A stretch of 64,000 nucleotides of DNA from Candidatus Latescibacterota bacterium (GTDB lineage: Bacteria > Latescibacterota > UBA2968 > GCA-2709665): assembly GCA_965226795.1 (NCBI GenBank), contig CBDDDZ010000004.1, forward strand, positions 768,001 to 832,000, in the 5' to 3' direction. The notes under the pieces are model-generated. The model saw only the letters and a program-made list of their open reading frames with translations, was not told where the DNA came from and did not search any database. This document shows, one piece after another, positions 31,261-39,569 of this stretch. Numbering within the stretch: position 1 is the first letter of the stretch; every line of letters begins with the position of its first letter. Position numbers and translations under genes: made by a program.

Positions 31261-32396
31261 TCTCCCTCTTCCTGCATATCCTCTTGCGGAATGACGGCAA
31301 CAACGCGCGGATTCAACAAGCGCCGCCGTTGACCAATGCGGTCAAGGTCGCCGGCCATAATGACCGGTGCCTTTTGTTGATGAGCTTCAATGGCTCTCTC
31401 GTAATCGGACTGAGTAAGGGCGGCTACAACTGACTGAATTTGCCCGTCAACGTATACTCGCAAAGTGATTGTTCCGTACGTCTCCTCATGGCGCCCCTTG
31501 AGCCTTTGTATATAGCCGAATAGTAGCACATCCGGTTTGGGTCCGCGATCACGGAACAGCCGCGCGGCCGCGCGGAGGATCGGGGCATCACCCTTGCCAA
31601 AATGAACGACCTCCCGCGGCGTATTCATCGGTCGGGTGCGGGCCCAGGTCAAACTGACGTCCAGTGCTTCGAAGGGCTCGATCAACTTCACGAGCGCTTC
31701 GCACAGATTGGCGCTTACACCGTTGTCCACGGCCTGCAAGAAAGCGTCGACTTTTCCTCCCATTGTTTGTTCCGTTGCATTACGGGCGGCTCGCAGCGCG
31801 GAAACCAGACGCCTTGTCATCTTGCGCTCAATCGGGTCTTCGTTATGCTCCGAATCCTGAATGAAGGACTGTTGTATGGGTGGCGACACGACAGGGGTCA
31901 GCAGGGTTACAACAAGGCTTTCTTGCTCGGATTGCCCCATTCGTAACTTGCGGACAAAGTTCATAGCCTCCTTGCCAGCGGCAGCGCTATAGACCGACCG
32001 CGGATCATGCAGCGAACAGGCGGCTGCCAGGACCATATCACGTGCGCTGCCTACAAGATTAATCCTATCATTTGCGGATACGGCGCCATCGCCGGCTTCG
32101 GCTGCACGCACGCGAATGACGTCACGGTCGGCCGTAACCAGGTCTCGGTAGAGTGAAAGTTCGTCGGTATCTGCCACGTCGGCGAAGATATCGATGAGTT
32201 GTGATACCACGTTAGCGTAATCGCCCAATTGTTGGGTGCGCGGCACGATGATCTCCGGCAATCCGTCCGATACATAAACGTCTGAAGAGTCGCCGTAGCT
32301 GTCCGTCCGTGTCCAGCCCGCTGCACGTGCATAGGCCGACAGGGCGGCAGGCGAAATCTCCCTCAAGGGCCCCTTGTCCCGAATGCTGACCCTCAT
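31257..32396 (-). CDS. Hypothetical protein, paralogue of 36401-37537
   Basis: Intact 379-aa ORF colinear with the 378-aa copy. Confidence 0.85.
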   Translation of the reverse strand: MRVSIRDKGPLREISPAALSAYARAAGWTRTDSYGDSSDVYVSDGLPEIIVPRTQQLGDYANVVSQLIDIFADVADTDELSLYRDLVTADRDVIRVRAAEAGDGAVSANDRINLVGSARDMVLAAACSLHDPRSVYSAAAGKEAMNFVRKLRMGQSEQESLVVTLLTPVVSPPIQQSFIQDSEHNEDPIERKMTRRLVSALRAARNATEQTMGGKVDAFLQAVDNGVSANLCEALVKLIEPFEALDVSLTWARTRPMNTPREVVHFGKGDAPILRAAARLFRDRGPKPDVLLFGYIQRLKGRHEETYGTITLRVYVDGQIQSVVAALTQSDYERAIEAHQQKAPVIMAGDLDRIGQRRRLLNPRVVAVIPQEDMQEEGE

Positions 32397-32476
32397 TGGA
32401 TTCTCCCTTGTTGTGCCTGTTCCATGAGCGAATGCAAATTCTCGACGTCAAAAACGTTTTTCGTCGGTATTCGGAT
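32393..32476 (-). pseudogene. 3' remnant of a DUF4365 gene duplicate
   Basis: Encodes IRIPTKNVFDVENLHSLMEQAQQGRIQ*, versus VRIPTKNVFDVENLHSLMEQSREGRIQ* in 37534-38034. Confidence 0.8.
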
Positions 32477-32690
32477 CTAATTCAACCAAACGCACCACAT
32501 CGCTTGCGTAGTGCAGACAGGCCCTGATGTCCTGAGTGCTCAAGCCAGGATAGTTCGCGAGGATATCGGCTTCGCTCCATCCCTGTGCCAACAGGTCGAT
32601 GATGAACTCTACCGCCTGCCGGGTTCCACGTACCACCGGCTTGCCGGCCAGCACGTCCGCATCAGCGACGATTCGATCTTGCCAATTCAT
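32448..32690 (-). CDS. DUF433 family antitoxin-like protein; 3' end runs into the DUF4365 remnant, no toxin partner
   Basis: GKPVVRGTR, ILANYPGLSTQDIRACLHYA. Confidence 0.75.
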   Translation of the reverse strand: MNWQDRIVADADVLAGKPVVRGTRQAVEFIIDLLAQGWSEADILANYPGLSTQDIRACLHYASDVVRLVELDPNTDEKRF

Positions 32691-32790
32691 GGTCCAATCC
32701 TCCTCTGTCTCTGGAGGCATCGAATCCGGCTGGGTCATCCTCCAAACGCCAGCCGTTGGGGGGTTTGCTTTAATCGCCTCGGGGATTCCG

Positions 32791-32876
32791 TGTACTTTCT
32801 ACATTGCCCCGCTTAAGTATCTCACAGAATCGACGGTCGTTGTAGGTCATCTATGGCCGACAAAGCACTTTGACGG
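32791..32876. repeat. Intergenic repeat shared with 45434-45590; contains ccgacaa-N6-ttgacgg
   Basis: tgtactttct..ccgctt..cagaatcga..gttgt shared; 32853-32876 matches the reverse complement of 45501-45524 at 22/24. Confidence 0.65.
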
Positions 32877-33254
32877 ACATTTTTCCTTAAAAGTGGCCGC
32901 CAAATCAACTTTCTTCTCTCTACAGCGTTCAACAGCTCGCGAATGGAAACGCATTTCAACGTTCATCTCGGCGTTCAGACGGCAAAGTTGAACAGTTTCG
33001 TCGGCGTATTCGTGGATCAGTACATTGCGGAACGCGATGATGCGTTTAAACTCGCTGATTCGCGCAATCACGGCTTCGTCAACTCTTGCGAGTTTAGTCA
33101 TAGCCTCGCCAATGATCTCAAACTCACGCTCTACTGCCGCTCGCAGCATCGCGTCGCTCTGATAGTCCGCAAACGTCTTATCACGGACGAATTCATTCAG
33201 TGAGCCCGCAGCCTTCCGGATGTCGTACAGATATTTGAGTGCTTCAAGCCGCAT
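32847..33254 (-). CDS. HepT/DUF86 HEPN RNase toxin, apparently 3'-truncated after the RX4HXY motif
   Basis: AVEREFEIIGEA, FRNVLIHEY, then a non-family tail. Confidence 0.75.
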   Translation of the reverse strand: MRLEALKYLYDIRKAAGSLNEFVRDKTFADYQSDAMLRAAVEREFEIIGEAMTKLARVDEAVIARISEFKRIIAFRNVLIHEYADETVQLCRLNAEMNVEMRFHSRAVERCREKKVDLAATFKEKCPSKCFVGHR

Positions 33255-33552
33255 AGAGCGGTGTCCTGGTCTCGTCGACGCTTTGTCGGAAGAAAGGGTT
33301 TTTGATGGCCGAGTCGACAACGAGATCCACACGGTGTCCAAAGAGACGTTCGAGGGCTTCCAGCAACCCGAAGAAGGCGTCGGCATACTCTCCGGAGGGC
33401 AACGTTTGGAATTCAACCAGGAAGTCGAGGTCGCTTTCGCCCCTACGGTCGTCGTCCGTGGCAGCCGAGCCAAATAAGTCAAGCCGAAGGACACGGTAAC
33501 GGACGCAGAGCCGCTGCAGTTCGACGACCCGCTCTTTGACAATAGGTATCAT
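33244..33552 (-). CDS. MntA-type minimal nucleotidyltransferase antitoxin
   Basis: LFGSA...SDLDFLVEF, RVDLV; overlaps the HEPN gene. Confidence 0.85.
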   Translation of the reverse strand: MIPIVKERVVELQRLCVRYRVLRLDLFGSAATDDDRRGESDLDFLVEFQTLPSGEYADAFFGLLEALERLFGHRVDLVVDSAIKNPFFRQSVDETRTPLYAA

Positions 33553-33716
33553 CGGACGTTGTCCTGTTTAATCGGACCGCCAGCAGCGACAGTCCATTGG
33601 CCTTCCTCGGCTCGCGATTGGATCCGCTATTCCCCTTACATCTCCGTGATGAATCTGCGCGCTCGGGCTGCTTCATCGGCGGAGCAAATGGCATATCGCC
33701 CGGGAAATCCGGACGC

Positions 33717-34481
33717 TCAAGCCGCCAGTTCTACTCTCGCATCTTCCCTCTGGCTCCACACTACCGGTCTGACGTCGTAGCTCCGTAGCGCGGCCATCAC
33801 GGTCTGATCTACCTTTCGTTCCGAATCATTCAGCAATGCGTACACACGCGATCCCGGCGTGCGGACCTCCTTTGTGTCGATCCACGCGAGTACAACATTC
33901 TGAGCGGTTGAACGACTCGGACGGTTGACTGTTTGTATGAGCCGCTCCGACTGCTTCCGGGACTTCGGAATCACAAAATCAAAGAGATGATCATACCCTG
34001 TCTTTCCTGTAAACTTCACCTTTGGCGTATGGCGAATATCATTTAGATCAAGCCAGGCCTCGACATCTTCATAGAAGATGTTCGCCACCGTGGGTGCCGC
34101 CATGTAAAACATATCGTTGACGGCGAGCATCGCCTGCAAGAGACTGTGTTTGCGCACCGCAAAGTTGTCGGCTGATGCAAGGACCTGTAACTCACGTCCG
34201 TCCTTTTGGACGCCGAAACCATTGAGTGTCATTTGCAGCAGATCTTGACGTTTGGGACTCTCGAGATTGCAACCACTTTGGGAAAGATCCTCAATGGTAT
34301 ATCCGTCATCCGTTAACACGAATCCTCCGTTCGAATCTTTCGCATAGATCTGTAAGTAGTCGTTGTGTCTATCCAGACACGGCGTGGTGATCTCAACCCA
34401 CTGGTCGATCTGGTGCAGGACTGTCTTGTCCTTGAGCCAGGCATAATAATCATCGATGAGAATCTGAATTTCTCTAATCAT
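33717..34481 (-). CDS. DUF1828/DUF1829-domain protein
   Basis: [40 protein letters not shown]. Confidence 0.75.
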   Translation of the reverse strand: MIREIQILIDDYYAWLKDKTVLHQIDQWVEITTPCLDRHNDYLQIYAKDSNGGFVLTDDGYTIEDLSQSGCNLESPKRQDLLQMTLNGFGVQKDGRELQVLASADNFAVRKHSLLQAMLAVNDMFYMAAPTVANIFYEDVEAWLDLNDIRHTPKVKFTGKTGYDHLFDFVIPKSRKQSERLIQTVNRPSRSTAQNVVLAWIDTKEVRTPGSRVYALLNDSERKVDQTVMAALRSYDVRPVVWSQREDARVELAA

Positions 34482-34558
34482 GTGAAAAGCTCCCGTACGA
34501 CATTTGGCGGTCGCGTGACGTTGCAGAACTGCAGGAATTCTTCGAAGATTACTGATGA
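34478..34558 (-). pseudogene. C-terminal remnant of the usual upstream partner of DUF1828/1829 (DUF6978-like)
   Basis: [26 protein letters not shown] ending in an ATGA overlap, with no start. Confidence 0.4.
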
Positions 34559-34652
34559 GTGACGGCGCCACACGTTTCGAACAGGGGATAATCCAGATAA
34601 CACCCCAATGCGATGTCTGCACGATGGGGATTGGCGGATGCGCGTACGGATC

Positions 34653-36404
34653 CTACCGATTCCGTATTTTGTACAAAAACTCCTCCAAATCAGTCACGCC
34701 CTGCTTACACTCCTCGGCTGTCGCGCCAAAGATTCCGCTTGTTACGTACGGCGATTCATCTTGCATTGTTGCCAGCGATTCCTCAATCTCGTGAAAAACC
34801 CGGATTCGTTCTCGTCGGTATGCAAAAGCTCCAGGAGGCGCCCAGTATTCCTCCTCCAGAGGTTCTTTGTGAGCGCAGCCAAGCGCAATGAGTATTTCAA
34901 GTTTGTCGAATACTCGTGTGTACCGTTTGTCGTCGGGGATGATACGCTCTGTGTGCGTTCGCAATACGTCGTGAATCCAGTCGTTCAGCGATGGGTAGCG
35001 TTTTTCCATTCCTTCCAATTCCTGCATTACCTGTCCGCCCTCATCAAACAACAAAGACGGTGGAAGTATCCTTACGGCGGCAAGGTCCTCTTCGTGTCGC
35101 CTGTGAATCGTCGTCCCGAAGAGATTTCCAAGAAAGCGAAGGCGACCCGCCTCAACCGCGCCAAGTCCCAGTGCATAGAGCAGAAGTGTTGCCGGATATT
35201 TCTTTAAATCAATCCAAAATACAATTCCCCCGGTCACGTCAATAGAACCAAGACGCTGCAATGACTGTTGCCAAACTTGATCGTGTTCTTCCTCCGCCCA
35301 ACGGCCACCGATCGTCGCCATCGCCATTAACGTCGCACATGCGGCCTCATATTTGCGCACGCGTTTGGTAACTGACTCGCTGTCTAGATATGTGCTACCT
35401 TGCACGTCGAAACCCTCGCCCGACGTTATCTCTACAACCTGCTCAACGGTCTGTTGGATCAGATTTGACAACTGAATCCGGTATCGAGGATCCGGAAGGT
35501 AGCGTTCCAAACTCGCTGCGGCCGCTTCGATGGATAACGGATGTACCTGCGAATACTCCTCGATTGACTCTACATGCTGTTGGACGGACGTGAAGAACGA
35601 ATCCGCGTCATCAATGGGAATCAATTCGGCTCGGCGATGTTCAATCAACCTTCGGGCCTTGTCGCCGGGTTCGCCTCTTGCCGCCCAATAGGTAGTAAAC
35701 CGGTGTGACGAAGCCCGGAACATTGCCTTGCACAACGCTCCGTCCCACTCGGCGGACCAGCCACAGACGATAAGGCCGAACTCGTCGAAAATACGATCGA
35801 GGAGTTTATCGAATTCTTGCGGATACTCATCGAGTTCGTCTGGGGTATTCCTTATGCGGGTATCGAGATAATCGCCATTTACCTTGAATACGCAACACTT
35901 GGTGTGGATCAAGGGACGAGCGCCCTGAACTTGATCCGGGGAACTGAGGATTGTCGGTACGACCCCTGCGTCGTGGAGAGCGGTTTCCACCAGACGGTCG
36001 AAATTCGTGGTGATGATGACCTTGATGAATCCCTTCACGGCCAATCCCGCGATGGCCCGGTGTGCCGCAGTAGGCGCTTTCGCACCTTCCTCACGCTCCT
36101 CGTCAATTGGCTCAAAATACGCCCGTAGCAACCTTTGTCTTTCTGCCTGCGTTTTGGCAATGTCGTTGAGCAGTTCGGAGTACGACGCCTCCTTCCCGAA
36201 TTTCTCCAAATACCAGCGTTCCGGTTCGGAACCGCATTCCTCCCCGTGGACTGCCGCCAACTTGCGAATCAAATCCAGCGTTATCTCCCAACCCGTCGGA
36301 ATCTTCGCCGCCCGGGATACGCCTGATCCCAAAAGAACGGCATACACACCATGGTTGGCTTGAATCGAAAATGCCAGCGAATGGACGGGATCGATTGACC
36401 TCAT
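34653..36404 (-). CDS. SIR2-family (SIR2_2) protein with a long C-terminal region
   Basis: LLGSGVS, IITTNFD, KVNGDY, GWSAEWD; ATGA overlap with the upstream gene. Confidence 0.85.
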   Translation of the reverse strand: MRSIDPVHSLAFSIQANHGVYAVLLGSGVSRAAKIPTGWEITLDLIRKLAAVHGEECGSEPERWYLEKFGKEASYSELLNDIAKTQAERQRLLRAYFEPIDEEREEGAKAPTAAHRAIAGLAVKGFIKVIITTNFDRLVETALHDAGVVPTILSSPDQVQGARPLIHTKCCVFKVNGDYLDTRIRNTPDELDEYPQEFDKLLDRIFDEFGLIVCGWSAEWDGALCKAMFRASSHRFTTYWAARGEPGDKARRLIEHRRAELIPIDDADSFFTSVQQHVESIEEYSQVHPLSIEAAAASLERYLPDPRYRIQLSNLIQQTVEQVVEITSGEGFDVQGSTYLDSESVTKRVRKYEAACATLMAMATIGGRWAEEEHDQVWQQSLQRLGSIDVTGGIVFWIDLKKYPATLLLYALGLGAVEAGRLRFLGNLFGTTIHRRHEEDLAAVRILPPSLLFDEGGQVMQELEGMEKRYPSLNDWIHDVLRTHTERIIPDDKRYTRVFDKLEILIALGCAHKEPLEEEYWAPPGAFAYRRERIRVFHEIEESLATMQDESPYVTSGIFGATAEECKQGVTDLEEFLYKIRNR

Positions 36405-37537
36405 TCTCCCTCTTCCTGCATATCGTCTTGCGGAATGGCGGCAACAACGCGAGCATTCAACAAGTGCCAACGCTGACCAGTTCGCTCAAGGTCGCCTTCT
36501 GCGACGACTAGCGCCTTCTGTTCATGTGCCTCAATCGCACGGCTGTAATCGGATTGACTAAGAACAGATACAACTGACTGCATTCTGTCGTCAATGTATG
36601 TGCGCAATGTGATCGTTCCATCCGTTTCCTCCTCATCCCTCTTTAGCCTTTGAACAAAACCGTATAGTTGCACATCCGGTTGCGGCCAAAGATCACGGAA
36701 CAAGCGTGCGGCCTCACGCAGGATCGGTGCGTCACCCTTGCCAAAGTGAACGACCTCCCGAGCCGTATTCATCGGATGGGTGCGGGCCCAAGTCAAACTG
36801 ACGTCTAGTGCGGCGAATGGTTCGATCAGCCTTACGAGGGCTTCGCAAAGATTGGCGCTTACACCGTTGTCCACGGCCTTGAAGAATGAACCGGGATCAC
36901 CTCCTACCAAGCTTTCTGTAGCGTGTTGGGTAGCTCGCAGAGCAGTAGCCAGACGCCTCGTTATCTTCCGCTCGATTGGGTCGTTGTGTTCCAGGTCCGG
37001 AATAATGGTCTGTTGCATGGGCGGAGAGACAACAGGGGTCAGCAGGGTAACAACAAAGCTGCCCTGCTCGGTCTGCCCCATGCGAATATTGCGCACAAAA
37101 TCCGTAGCCTGTTTGTTGGCGCCGGCGCGGTAAACCGGTCTGGGATCATGCAGCGAACATGCTGCTGACAAAATCATATCGTGTGCGCCGCACACAAGGT
37201 CGATCCCATCGCTTACTGATACTGCGCCATCGTCGCCTTCGGCAGCCCGTACCCGAATGACATCTCGATCGGCCGTAATCAGGTCGCGGTAGAGAGAAAG
37301 TTCGTCGGTACCGGCAGCTTCTGCGAAGATATCGATGAGTTGTGATACGACGTTGGCATAATCACCCAAACGTTGGGTCCGAGGCAAAATGATTTCCGGC
37401 AACCCGTCCGACACATAGACGTCCGAAGAGTCGCCGTAGCTTTCCGTCCGTGTCCAGCCCGTTGCGCGGGCATAGGCTGATAGGGCCGCAGGCGAAATCT
37501 CGCTCAAGGGCCCCTTGTCCCGAATGCTGACCCTCAT
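36401..37537 (-). CDS. Hypothetical protein between DUF4365 and SIR2
   Basis: 378-aa ORF with ATGA overlaps on both sides; duplicated in the island. Confidence 0.85.
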   Translation of the reverse strand: MRVSIRDKGPLSEISPAALSAYARATGWTRTESYGDSSDVYVSDGLPEIILPRTQRLGDYANVVSQLIDIFAEAAGTDELSLYRDLITADRDVIRVRAAEGDDGAVSVSDGIDLVCGAHDMILSAACSLHDPRPVYRAGANKQATDFVRNIRMGQTEQGSFVVTLLTPVVSPPMQQTIIPDLEHNDPIERKITRRLATALRATQHATESLVGGDPGSFFKAVDNGVSANLCEALVRLIEPFAALDVSLTWARTHPMNTAREVVHFGKGDAPILREAARLFRDLWPQPDVQLYGFVQRLKRDEEETDGTITLRTYIDDRMQSVVSVLSQSDYSRAIEAHEQKALVVAEGDLERTGQRWHLLNARVVAAIPQDDMQEEGE

Positions 37538-38034
37538 TGGATTCTCCCTTCTCTTGACTGTTCCATGAGCGAATGCAGATTCTCGACGTCAAATACGTTT
37601 TTCGTAGGTATTCGTACGGTGATGATCGATAGATTTTCCGTTTCTTCGTAACCTTTCAGATTCAACCAATATGCCCGGCGCCGCAGTACAAGTTCATCTT
37701 CGGTGATCGTCACCCACTGGTCCTTTTTGCTCGGCAAATCGAGTACCACGAGCAACCTCGGAGTCTGTGTTTCAATGCGTAGCAGATCGTAATTTCTGCG
37801 CTTCAGTGGAAAACGAAAGTACCCATCCTTCGGCACGCCCAGGTTTACCGTCGCCTTCAACTGTAATTCGAGCGCAGCTCGCATCCCGCCACCGGCTTGA
37901 ATCCGAAGATCAACTCCATCACGGTCGAGATCATAGCTGGCTGTTACATAACCTGCCCGTGCCGCCACTGCGCGTGAATAAACAATAGACAGCGCTTCCT
38001 TCTGATCGGTATCTGTCATCAGCGCATCGGTCAT
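37534..38034 (-). CDS. DUF4365 family PD-(D/E)XK nuclease-like protein
   Basis: DRDGVDLRI...LELQLKAT; PRLLVVL; GGAGG RBS. Confidence 0.75.
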   Translation of the reverse strand: MTDALMTDTDQKEALSIVYSRAVAARAGYVTASYDLDRDGVDLRIQAGGGMRAALELQLKATVNLGVPKDGYFRFPLKRRNYDLLRIETQTPRLLVVLDLPSKKDQWVTITEDELVLRRRAYWLNLKGYEETENLSIITVRIPTKNVFDVENLHSLMEQSREGRIQ

Positions 38035-38047
38035 GCAATGGCCTCCA

Positions 38048-39208
38048 TTAGATGAAACCAATACCGACCAACTGAGCGATATTTTCACCTTCGAACCGCT
38101 TCACTTCACCATCAAATACCTTCACGTGTGGCAGCCGAAACAAGGCATCAGGAAATACCGTATGGGTATTCTTGGGATTGAGATAGAGACTTGCGGAAGC
38201 ATTGTAAATATTCCACATGTCGACCTTCTGAATACTCAAGAATGCATCCATTTGGCTACCACGACCGCGGGACCAGACACCATTCGGCTCACGTCCTGGC
38301 CTCGGCGTTGCGTCAAGGTTGTCTTTAGAATAGAAGAGCTGTTCATTCCCGAACAGCACTTCTAAATCGTGCTGCCGGGCGTTGTAGAACATGTCACGGG
38401 TATTCACTGCCAACACGAACGGTGCATCAAGGTTGTGATATTTTCGCTGTTTTTCTCTTAACGCGTTCCATACGGGAGTCGCACAATCAGTGAATGCACC
38501 AAAGTGATGCCCCATGACGAGTTGCCGGTTCGAATCATTCCTTTGTTTTTCAGGTGAAATCGGCCAAAGCCAGCCCTTAAGTGTCCAGTTTCCACACTCG
38601 ATTCTTTGAGAAGGGGCTGCGTTACTCCCATGCTTATCGATCTCACACTGGACGCCATTGGGGTCGTGAGACTCAAGCAATTCCTTGAAAGGACGTACCA
38701 CATTCTCACGACTCAACGTCCGCGACAACGTTCCCTCCATATCCACGGTAATTCCGAATTTCGAATGTGTCAACGAATTGAGCTTATCTATAACGTCTTC
38801 CTCATTTCGGTTACGAGTAAAAGGCCCCGATCTTTGTCCTGACACTGTAGCTTCGAGGTAGAATTGTAGATTGTCACGAGATACAAGAAAATCCGGCCGA
38901 GCCCTTGCGCCTACAATCGCCGGATGTACCTCCAATGAAAATTCCAAGCGAGTCAGAAATTCGTGCAGGAAAAGTTCGAAAAACGCTCCTTCGTGATTCT
39001 GGTCATCGTCTGACCGAAGTCTCTCTCGCAGATCTCGGCGATGTGGAAGAGGGTAATTTTCGAACCACGACTCAAGGGTATTCCGGATGTACGTTGCTCC
39101 GGGCCAATCATAATGGTTAATGTGTCGAAAGATCGATTCAGACGGGGAATCACTCTTCAACTCATTCCGTTTAATGTCATCAAAAAGCACTGTCGGTTCG
39201 GTTGTCAT
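38048..39208 (-). CDS. Hypothetical protein with a PD..ExT restriction-endonuclease-like motif
   Basis: FFELFLHEFL...RPDFLV...YLEAT...KQRKY..LDAPFVLAV. Confidence 0.55.
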   Translation of the reverse strand: MTTEPTVLFDDIKRNELKSDSPSESIFRHINHYDWPGATYIRNTLESWFENYPLPHRRDLRERLRSDDDQNHEGAFFELFLHEFLTRLEFSLEVHPAIVGARARPDFLVSRDNLQFYLEATVSGQRSGPFTRNRNEEDVIDKLNSLTHSKFGITVDMEGTLSRTLSRENVVRPFKELLESHDPNGVQCEIDKHGSNAAPSQRIECGNWTLKGWLWPISPEKQRNDSNRQLVMGHHFGAFTDCATPVWNALREKQRKYHNLDAPFVLAVNTRDMFYNARQHDLEVLFGNEQLFYSKDNLDATPRPGREPNGVWSRGRGSQMDAFLSIQKVDMWNIYNASASLYLNPKNTHTVFPDALFRLPHVKVFDGEVKRFEGENIAQLVGIGFI

Positions 39209-39398
39209 CGCATGGCTTTTCTGGACTTGACTGCAGCAAAATATGCGGAGATTGCGACGGCAGCATATTGCTTAGGTTCGGAAAAACGGCATCCGTACCC
39301 AATCGTTTTTCTCCGCACCGTAGCCGTTGCTATTTGCGTGCTTCACGGGTTCAGTCCCGATTTTAGTGCATACGTCGGCGAACGTATCCCCTGTCCGA

Positions 39399-39434
39399 TC
39401 AAAGAATCCTTGTGCAATTATAAAATATCCAGTG
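39399..39434. other. Degenerate internal copy of the tandem dif-like site
   Basis: tcaaa-gaatcc-ttgtg-caat-tataa-aatatc-cagtg, same 20-bp register as 29520. Confidence 0.35.
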
Positions 39435-39569
39435 TGCGGTATTTTCGAATGACCGCCCGAAGAATGTGCGATCAACAATCTATGATGTTCGATTTATTAT
39501 ACTCTGCATTCTAAAGCCGGTCAAGGCACGGCATTTCATTTCCGCCAGGTAATAAGTTTCACCCCAATG

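Noticed and set aside
34653..36404. Thoeris, DSR or SIR2-HerA assignment
   Set aside because: No TIR, HerA or Argonaute partner; the protein is much shorter than DSR1/2
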